Shown here: one piece after another, positions 46,301-53,300 of the stretch
Layout: each line of letters starts with the position of its first letter
Numbering within the stretch: the first letter of the stretch is position 1
DNA from: Candidatus Iainarchaeum sp.
Lineage (GTDB): Archaea > Iainarchaeota > Iainarchaeia > Iainarchaeales > JAFCCW01
DNA: 64,000 nucleotides
Direction: 5' to 3'
Assembly (NCBI GenBank): GCA_017609985.1
Contig: JAFCCW010000002.1
Span: 590-64,589 of the forward strand
Position numbers and translations under genes: made by a program
The notes under the pieces: generated by a model
Seen by the model: only the letters and a program-made list of their open reading frames with translations
Told to the model about the DNA's origin: nothing
Database searches by the model: none

Positions 46301-48308
46301 ACAATCCATCATTTTCCATGATATTTGTTTTTTCAAAACCTGTTTCTCCTGCAACAATCAATGCTCCTGCTTGTTCTGCATCAATACCCTGTGGGATTGA
46401 AAGAATATATTTTCCAGTATAAAGCTGTCCTTCAACAAGTGAAGACCCGCTCTGCACTCTCTCGTCTCCGAAAAACATTCCAAGAGGTTTTAATTCAAGC
46501 TTTGCAGTTGGTTGGGAGAGAACAACATCAAACACCCGAGTTTCTCCCTCTTTTGTTGACATTGAAGGGGTATTGTAAGCTGCATAACTGCTTTCATCTA
46601 TTCTGAAGAAAACTACTTCATCTTCTCTAACTTTAATAATTGCTTTTCCTTCACTGTCTGCTATAGCGCTTGAAAGAACAGCTCCGGTTACTGCATCTAT
46701 CTTCTCTACTTTTGTTCCAGGAACAGTTTCTCCTGTTTCATTCTTTACATTTACTTCTGCTGTTCCGCTTCCAATGCTTAGCGTTATTTTCAGGCTTGAA
46801 ATTTTTGAAGCAATAATTGTTTCCTGTTCTGAAACACTCGGAGGAAAACTTGACTTTTTTGCTTCAACATAAACTCGCAAGCCCTCTTCAAGAGTATACT
46901 CTGCCTTGCCATCAGAACCAGTTGCTTTTGAATCATCAATTACGGTGTGGTCATCAGCATCCTTCAAGACAAGCATTGCTCCCTGAATTGGCAAGCCCTC
47001 TAAGTCAACAACTTCTATTTCGAGGAAGCCAGTGTTTGAAATATCCTCTGTTGAAATAAAAACCTGAACAGTGCTGCTTCCAGTCAGGGTAGTTGATGTT
47101 CTTGCAGTTATATATCCTGATTTTTCAACACTGATATTGTAAACTGCATTTGAAGGCAAATCAAAAGAAGCCTCTCCGCTTGAATCGCTGTACTTTGGTC
47201 CTGCAATCTTGTAAGACTGCTCGTTCCTGATTTCAATCATTGCAGACTGCACTGCACTTTTTGTGTCTGCATCAATAATCTTTACTGTGAGCTTTGAGCT
47301 TGTAGTGCTCTCCATTACTGCATCAAAGCTTGCAACAGAATCCTTTGAAATCTGTTTAGAGGTTGTAGTAAGAGGCTTGTAAGTTCCCTCGCTGTCGGAT
47401 GCAACAAGATAGTAGCTTCCAACATCAATGTCAAGGAATTCAACTGTTCCGCTTGTATTAGAGTATTTTTCTCTTGCCTTAAAACCGTCAGAAGAATAAA
47501 TTTGCACAAGAATATTTGAAAGAGGGTCTCCGTCAGCATTCTTTACTGAAACATAAGCGCTTCCCTTGTCCACTGTTCTTGGCTCAAGCAAAACTTCCGG
47601 CGCAGTTCCTGAAAGAGAAATTCTGCCATACACGACTGTATAATTATCTCCCACTATGTCAACAACAAGCTCTCCGCAGTCTGAAGGAATATTGTCAATT
47701 CTTATTTCTCCGCCGACAACCTGCTTTTGTTCAAAAAACTCAGAGTTTGAAGTACAGTCAAAGTTTGCAAAAAGACTGTCTGAAAGAAGCTGCTGTGTTT
47801 CAGAATTTTTGAACTTAATTGTTTTTGAAACTAAAGTAATTTTTGGGTCAAGCCTTATTTTTTTGGAAAACTCAGCATAGTCTTCCGGAATTGTAAAAGT
47901 TTCAGTTGCATCCTCGTAATCTGTTGGAGCAGTAATGTTTAGCGTAATTTCCTGCCCAATAGGGGCATTAAATTTTGCCTGTCCGTCTGAAACAGAAACA
48001 GTAGTCGGTGCATTGTCTGCCCAGCGATATGAAATATCAAAGCTATTGTTAATGCTGTTTCCAGACTGGCTGTCTGCAAACGAAAGAACAACACTTGACT
48101 GGCCTCCAAACAGGTTCATTCCGCCTGCAAGGAAAAAGATTCCAAAAAGCAACAGCAAAACAACAAGAACAAAGACTGGGAATGAGGGGATATTGCTGGC
48201 TTCTATTGCATCGACAAGCCCGTAAACAGGCACTCCTTTTTCATCAAGCCAATCAAGAAATCCATAGTACTTGTCTTCAAGGCTATAGTAAATGTCCTTC
48301 AGTCCCAT
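40317..48308 (-). CDS. giant membrane-anchored surface protein, paralog GP2663
   Basis: 2663-codon ORF. N-terminus: MGLKDIYYSLEDKYYGFLDWLDEKGVPVYGLVDAIEASNIPSFPVF plus a TM helix. Beta-sandwich repeats follow. The central segment is a G/S/Y-rich low-complexity region. The C-terminal module has NFCDAAQFTLTL and FFKMPFDGKLGLADGTRQGYGVAV. Confidence 0.9.
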   Translation of the reverse strand: MGLKDIYYSLEDKYYGFLDWLDEKGVPVYGLVDAIEASNIPSFPVFVLVVLLLLFGIFFLAGGMNLFGGQSSVVLSFADSQSGNSINNSFDISYRWADNAPTTVSVSDGQAKFNAPIGQEITLNITAPTDYEDATETFTIPEDYAEFSKKIRLDPKITLVSKTIKFKNSETQQLLSDSLFANFDCTSNSEFFEQKQVVGGEIRIDNIPSDCGELVVDIVGDNYTVVYGRISLSGTAPEVLLEPRTVDKGSAYVSVKNADGDPLSNILVQIYSSDGFKAREKYSNTSGTVEFLDIDVGSYYLVASDSEGTYKPLTTTSKQISKDSVASFDAVMESTTSSKLTVKIIDADTKSAVQSAMIEIRNEQSYKIAGPKYSDSSGEASFDLPSNAVYNISVEKSGYITARTSTTLTGSSTVQVFISTEDISNTGFLEIEVVDLEGLPIQGAMLVLKDADDHTVIDDSKATGSDGKAEYTLEEGLRVYVEAKKSSFPPSVSEQETIIASKISSLKITLSIGSGTAEVNVKNETGETVPGTKVEKIDAVTGAVLSSAIADSEGKAIIKVREDEVVFFRIDESSYAAYNTPSMSTKEGETRVFDVVLSQPTAKLELKPLGMFFGDERVQSGSSLVEGQLYTGKYILSIPQGIDAEQAGALIVAGETGFEKTNIMENDGLFIYKVYSSAKSTARGTSYSPPGGYSQDRQNLTSGSAKWAEVLWNNPEPGDYEIDVLFQVNAGAEISGTLKIGRRAWVYSNAKYARSPQDSELGSAGSVATKQGFYAQLLRESYAVGGISSCTASFCKEFKIQDTSTGELTSVISSYNAKLDKSYRLYFDFSSISSSVFTNSKIKISSTSNSLELEDYSILDASGKVISGNASGYELETGISTIANGSTVSGNILFKTKTAGMQELSVEIQSSEGSTVFEKKIYVDVPAPKTMSIDILPKIIVPFIDNTILVHVSSEEEDLGNATVSVYVNSERIGGGITSSEGVYSYELEAPNSGDVVRIIAEKSDYATAGVEINIEENVVLLTPPLLSVLLNTNSVLSKETPILAENLSTIPFTIKEIEISENFEGLVEFNWAEDYRGQTIDLDPVEGAEIEGEESEEKILGLVVSLTRQGLLVEETTTLEGVIEITLTNPVFKKDWIVTLPVSVRIGLGGEVDEPNCIEFEPFEWSIETDTQKKVLTSTLRNNCKVNGVNTPLRNIEIAIEKSGEENLLGEFSVASSELGISSTKITETSRPLTEFIEAGREVEFTFTFDPEEDIESGESNPNIVFKAVNITDNGNEELTGQINASVSVNDLTQCLKFKMTEPIQLVAAPISTGYGMYSQLGYNPNVYGGSYGASNYYTNSSPWAGFSDKLSEDTLLLANQDPRNMTGSTSNAYGWTTPYPFGGSSTGTTAYQSGMAYGSYPNPAYSMGPGFLNQFDSSYYNQWQYGQQMISIENDCGKDVEIKLETGPYLNSDKEEIELASGDGENITLIPGYRMGRFSVEVKARLAGSEEKHKKVREINVMITTQGFMDKDCIKIVPPSKLKLTDIIGRPLRVKVYNYCYDTGVHLQDNAQTLSIDCPGLPDLPEPQRETTANAAGGGELDGIAQKLFGKNYGELTSEAEKQAVLKERSSLNASVPAKYDAEGTCKLVDQIWFAGESRQAAPGGGIVQVVELEIKPNIDYRERAALQLKGKTFTQIGQLRAYAQEAYFRVQARGTAKVNYYDSFKQKNTTNIPVVIEDLFLAGPYLEPYEGGNPAITQFQDCIDTGALNVVEYWMAKGFGEEDKWGFVPDTEFEIGDYEFIPTPNKVMKISPNFCGALDKLANLRPVTWTHEKSGVMLGFSVIDNGHNVKLTIDRSSMTMMCARIETRLSSDLTRATHNVGTQRVNIPVKVWVLNEGIDLTQVDADFLKTCEDEPYYSQKERDLIAECVEKNLEKDVFSQEAANEGFTDEQINKMWRDCQRQIQTSIGTASFDCGEGGKTGTGAFNEYGFDRLLFDWDSSNIIKSACDEPKEGFIEEEGATNFCDAAQFTLTLDKKVDSIKTYIEKIDSVIKDTEHAKMLKRALCEKGDESEDSCLDDYKNTENIYRWAKEQFEIFDNKNNKTLVFFESESGVLEGEKLNIEDYETAKSLAEIIDIPEGSSDIKTIITQMSQVFGKLEERGKAKNIVAVVEKNSDTEKFYNSEPKLYKMGAKEVEGIGYVMAYGEWKNFHNQLESAMKRIKADKSIGSCETDIETCYIDGLLEKNGSTKITATGEFMNTLLKNIRFVNGIREKEEMTDGEIEIILKNGKNRQGLDTGELEKVYYQDISFESYLMEDGFSEDFKSDFDSTGFAERLLVGGVTNWDFSVDEKNTGKHSAGKYSVKVNYNWENREIEINLSREQALSEIDSAYAKNIFFKMPFDGKLGLADGTRQGYGVAVSSEADISEMLLNYSSEAEKQAVFKGTGALANYLGEVNKDYANANSGMIFHVESKQITYNPSYPVALKLEIADRYGEEETGSEGLLYEILDAASKEPSYGSAHLFEWKSASDTITDKLVSQKEAANICEEIGESHYGFVKEIEGIQTYNTVALLPYNKEYLLSVYCTQGKSNITARQMGKMPVPKEFTPGYRKGDTSLKIKDSTKYQSIKTYLDMVKDRRVCIKDTSSSRISLVWARENLDFENIGKTAEELAEEVEPKKEEE

Positions 48309-48471
48309 GCAAACTACCTAAGCGCGCTTATTGCTTTATTCCTGCAATTAATTTATTCACTTTATAACTCAATAATATTATCCTTTCTGGATATATTAAT
48401 CTATCCTTTCAGATTGCTTCTTTGCTAATTCACTTATTCTAAAAGTGCATTCCTATATAAATGCTTTTTGT

Positions 48472-50271
48472 TTAAGCTGGTGCGGGAACACAAGCCCCTG
48501 TTCCAGTCGGGCCGCCCATGAGTCCGCCTGCTGCACTGCTGTCGTATGAAATGCAATGCCAGTCTTTGTCATTGAAACTGCATGGGATCAAGTGCCTTGC
48601 AGGATCAAACTCTTCAAGACCACAGTAGTCTGCTTTTTTTGCAGGGCTAGTGTTTGTCTGACTGTACTGTGCAGTGAATGGAGTAAAGCTTTCATCCCTA
48701 ATTTCTATTCTGTAAAAGTAATCATGCGAATTGTCAACCATATATTCTTCATCTGTTTCCTTGAATGTAAAAACAAGCCTTATGCTGTCTATTCCTGCAC
48801 AATACTCCCATCTCTCGTCTGAGTTGAGTGTAGAGTTCGAACAGCTGTCTGCGGGAATTCCACTGCAGTTCTCTGCTCCAGCACAAACAACATTGCTTCC
48901 GTCAAAAGAGTATCCTATAAATCTTGTGTCTGCTCCTGTGAGTCCTGCAATCCAATCCATTGGGCACTGGTCTGAAGAGGACAGGTTTTGGTTTGCTCTG
49001 AAAGAGCTGGTGAGCGGGGCAGGAGCTGTTGACGGAGCAGAACCGCTTGGAACAATCTTTATTTTCTTTGATTTCTCAGCTTTTGTTTCCACAATAATCT
49101 GGTCAATATTGCAATCCAGAACACCTGGCGATATGTTTGCTGGGACCAGCCCCTCGCTTGTTCCTGCTCCAATAAATGGGTTTCCAGTTCCAGGCGTATT
49201 GTTTGCAATAAAGCACAATCTTCTTTTGACAATGTCCTTTAGCTTGTCCTGCATTGTAGTCAGGTTTCTTGGGTTGTACTGCTCTGGCGCTGGAGTGCAT
49301 ACACCATAATCTGAATCAAGCCTTGAAGTAAAAGAGTCTCCTGCTCCGCATAATTCCACGTTGTCAATTCTGTCAGGGGAATCGCTTCGCGAACAGCTCT
49401 TTGCGCCAACATCAGTTGCTGGCGGGGTATAAGGATTTGTTCTTGGATTGCAGTATCCTGCATCACAGTAACCAAGTTTCATCATCTCCAGTTCATTGTG
49501 GAGTCGTGGAGAGAAAAATCCATAATCGTTTCCTGGAAATTTTGCAAAAGAATGAACTTCAGCAAGTGCTTTGAAGATTCTTACTGGAACATAAATCTTG
49601 AATTTTCTTCTCGGCAGAATAATTTCCTTAATCATGTTGCCATTGTTTAGATTAGTTATTTCAATTGCGGGGAGCTTATCATAGGTTTCCTCTTCTATTT
49701 GCGTCAAATCAAGCGTTATGTAGAAAGCTCCGCTTGGGCAGTTGTATGGGTCTCCGTTCTCGCATTCTATTACTTCGATGAAGTCATCGTTTTCTATATT
49801 CTGTTTGAACACATCCTCTAGTCCATCAATCATTTCTTCTTTCCTGTTTCCCCAGTCAACAGTCTTTATCTGGTAGGTGCCGCACTTTCCATAGTATGCT
49901 GGCATGTCCGAGTACAGAGCTATCAGCCAGGTGACCGTAAAATTTGCAAAATTCCTTGCATTTGAACCAAACTTCTCTGTCTGAAAATCATGCACAAGCG
50001 TGTCCCAGTCCTTCCCCCTCATGTTAAGCTCTGTTGGAGACGAGCCAAAGAAATCCGCAATCCTGTATCTAAGCAGGTAATTAAATGTCTGGAAAGTGTC
50101 TGCTCTCTTCATGTCAGAAATAGCTTTTATTTCCGACTTGCATTCAATTGACCTAATAACCTCGTAAGCTGTTCTCTCACTAGCAGTCATCTGCTGAACA
50201 AGCAGAGCGGACAAGGCAATGAGAATAAATGCCACAAGTGCAGTGAACATATTAAAAGCGCGCTCATCCAT
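48472..50271 (-). CDS. Cys-rich extracytoplasmic protein with an N-terminal hydrophobic anchor or pilin-like signal (599 aa)
   Basis: MDERAFNMFTALVAFILIALSALLVQQM, followed by a polar region with more than 25 Cys. Embedded between two giant genes on the same strand. No family recognised. Confidence 0.7.
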   Translation of the reverse strand: MDERAFNMFTALVAFILIALSALLVQQMTASERTAYEVIRSIECKSEIKAISDMKRADTFQTFNYLLRYRIADFFGSSPTELNMRGKDWDTLVHDFQTEKFGSNARNFANFTVTWLIALYSDMPAYYGKCGTYQIKTVDWGNRKEEMIDGLEDVFKQNIENDDFIEVIECENGDPYNCPSGAFYITLDLTQIEEETYDKLPAIEITNLNNGNMIKEIILPRRKFKIYVPVRIFKALAEVHSFAKFPGNDYGFFSPRLHNELEMMKLGYCDAGYCNPRTNPYTPPATDVGAKSCSRSDSPDRIDNVELCGAGDSFTSRLDSDYGVCTPAPEQYNPRNLTTMQDKLKDIVKRRLCFIANNTPGTGNPFIGAGTSEGLVPANISPGVLDCNIDQIIVETKAEKSKKIKIVPSGSAPSTAPAPLTSSFRANQNLSSSDQCPMDWIAGLTGADTRFIGYSFDGSNVVCAGAENCSGIPADSCSNSTLNSDERWEYCAGIDSIRLVFTFKETDEEYMVDNSHDYFYRIEIRDESFTPFTAQYSQTNTSPAKKADYCGLEEFDPARHLIPCSFNDKDWHCISYDSSAAGGLMGGPTGTGACVPAPA

Positions 50272-50330
50272 TCACACTAATATAATTAAAGTAGTATAAA
50301 AAAGAATTTGTTTCAGATTGTTATCTTCTA

Positions 50331-53300
50331 TTAACTAAGAGAGCTTCGTATTGCTGAAACATTTTTTACCCAGCTCTCGTATCCTGCTGTTGAATCACAG
50401 CAATAGCAATGTCCTCCTGCTTTTGCACAGCAGAAATAGTTTAGGTTGCAGCTTGAAGTAATGCTTGGAGCGACCATTTTTGCAACAGTGTCCTGTGGCG
50501 GACTGTGATTAACATATTGTTCCTTTAATTTTTGAAAATAAACCTTTATGCAGTCTTCTGCAGAATCAAATTTTGCAAATCTGGTTCTTGAAGGACACGT
50601 GCCTGCTGTCTCAGCATACTTTGAAACACCATCATAACCTAATCCGAATAAGTTATTGCAGTTAACTGCAAGAGAGCTTGTTCCACTTGCAGATTCTTGC
50701 ACAGCTGTTGCCACTCCATGCCCTGGATCAATGCCATATTGAACACCATACTTCCAGAACAGTTCCCCAGTATTATTGAATTTTGAACCAAAGTTTCTAT
50801 TTACATAGGACACTACTTTGCTTTGCTGAGAAGTAATTTTCAAGAAAGAAACATTTTTCCAGTCAGAAGAGCCAGGATCTTCTCCTCCAGCATTCTGCTG
50901 TCCAGTCCCATTATTCACTGGACTTTTTTTTTTTAAAAATTCTTCAATTCCGTTTGCTAGTCCCTTTGCAACCTTGCTTGTTGAACTGCTTGAAACAAGC
51001 TTGTCTGCTTGCACTCCATATTCTCCTATTTCAATAAGAGTCACAGGTGCGTTGGTGTTACTGATTATTGCAAGATTGTCATAATTGCTGTAATCTTCTG
51101 GTTTGCATCCTTTGTTTTTGTAACTTGTTGAATTAGCAAGACTGGACATTACTAACCTACACAATTCCCTGTCTGGCTCTGGATTGTCTGAAGCATCTTT
51201 TCCAACAATTCCAAGCAAGGCATCAGAGCAGGCTCCTGAACAGGCATCTGAATGAATTGAAACAATCAGAGTGCAGTTTTGTTCATTAATTCTTTTAACT
51301 CTTGAAGTCAATCCGTCTCCAGTGGGTCCTGTCCTAGTCATCCAAGTTCCAATTCCCCTGCTTTGCAGTTCTGCTTCCAGTGCCTTTGCATTTGCAAGAT
51401 TTACTTCTGGCTCTCTCTGCCCTGCTCTTGACCCATCACCATGTCCTGCGTCAATGCAGACAAGAAAGTCTCCAGTAACTTGTGTTCCTGAACTTGTTGG
51501 CCCAATACACTGCTTTGGTCTGCAGTATTCAGCATGCTTTCCTGAAAGCTTTACTTCCAGACTGCTTAATACCACTCCGCTGCTTCTTGGCTCATTATTT
51601 TTTCCTGTTGAGCCAGAAGGAGCACTGCTAGTGGAATGAATAACCTGTCCATTGCCATAGTACATCATTACATGTCCATAACCGCTTGTTCCAGTTGAAA
51701 TAATGTCTCCTGGCTGAAGCTCTTCCTTTGAAATGCTTACTGCATAACCTGCGCCAATAAGCGTGTCACAAACTTCTCTTCCATTTCCTGTCTTTCCACT
51801 CCATCCATATTTGCTTATTACTGAGCCCACAAAAGTTGCACAGGTAAGACCAGGGTTATTGCAGTTTTCAGGAGTTAGCCAGACTGGTGTTGGTCCTTCT
51901 GGTTTGTATTTGCATCCAAGATATTGTTCAGCATACTCTACTATTCCAGAACAGTTTCCGCCGCTGGTTCCAGACAAACCTGGAGAATTTTCATTTTTAG
52001 GCTCTCCCTCTCTCAATCCAGACGGCAAAGCACTTGTCTTGTAAGCCTCTATGTCTACTTTGAAGTTTTTCCAGGTCTTGTAAGTATCATACATTTCTCT
52101 CCCGTCTGCTTGTCCTTCTGCAAGCTCTGCCAGCTTTTCAAGAGCACACTTCTCATCGTTATTGCATTCTTTCATGAAACCAGATAACACATTTGCAAGA
52201 TCCTCTATTGCTGTTGGAAAGTCAGCTTCCTCATATGACTTGACTCCAAACATTCCTGCTACAAGCAGTGCCTCTTCCATCTCATGCTTGTAAGCAGCTT
52301 CTGCAAGAGGTCCCTGTATTTCTGGATTTGTGTAAATTGAAATTCTCTCAGGATTCTTTACCTTTTTCGCATTCTCTGGGTCTGCCGGGTTTAGAGAGCC
52401 AAAGATTGCGTGAATTCCATGTTGTAAAAATTCTCCAGAGCAATCAGTGTCCAGCCTTACAGCTGGCTCGTTCTCTTTTTCAATTTCCTTGTTCATTGCC
52501 TCAAACTGTTCTTTTTCCTTGACCTCTGTCATATCAACATGCTTTGCATAATTCTTTGAAACAACAAACTTGTAGGTGTGGTATTTCTGCAATTCAATTC
52601 CTTCTATTCCATTGAACATTACAAGTCCTTCCTCATTTGCAGGATTTGCACTGTCTTCCTTTAACCACCAATTGTATGCTCCGTAACCAGCTGCATTTGA
52701 AAGAGCTCCGCAGATAAGCCCCTTGCCAAGTTCCTTGAAGAAAGTCCTGCTAAAGAAAGTCTTGAAATAAGTCTTCAATCCCTTCCATCTTCCCGTCTTT
52801 GGAATCTCTGCTTTTTCAAGAATTTCCTGTCCAAACTGCTCTCCTACTTCTCGTGAGACAAGTTTTCCTAACACATCAGTATTATTTCGAACAGCTTTCT
52901 TCATTGAATTCTTTGCCGCGGTTTGAGCATCATCTGCAGCAATATGGTATTTTGGGAATTGTTTATCAACAATTCTTCCTTGTGGTCCTTCAGTAACCTG
53001 CAAGGTAATTGACTCCCCTGTTTCCTTTATCTGAGCTGATAGCCTTTCATGAAGATCTCCTTGTAACTCTCTTCTAATTCTTTCTTTGAAGTTGCTTGGA
53101 ATCTGTGCTCTTTGTGCAGGTGTCAAGCCAGCATCAAACTCGTCAGCCATCCTGTTTGACAAATCTTTAGATGCAGTATCTGCAAGCGCATCTTTTAAGT
53201 CCTCAATTGTGCCCGAAATCTCATCCAGCGTGGTTCCATAATTGCTTGACATTGGATAACTTGAGCCTGTAATCCCATCAACATTCGCAAGCGCATCAAG

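Noticed and set aside
50331-51960. Pseudomurein or the organism's own cell wall as the target of the GP3374 hydrolase domains
   Set aside because: The Amidase_3 signature implies cleavage of a MurNAc-L-Ala bond, which pseudomurein lacks. Known pseudomurein hydrolases (Pei type) belong to a different family. No murein-synthesis genes are visible in this window, although the rest of the genome is unseen.
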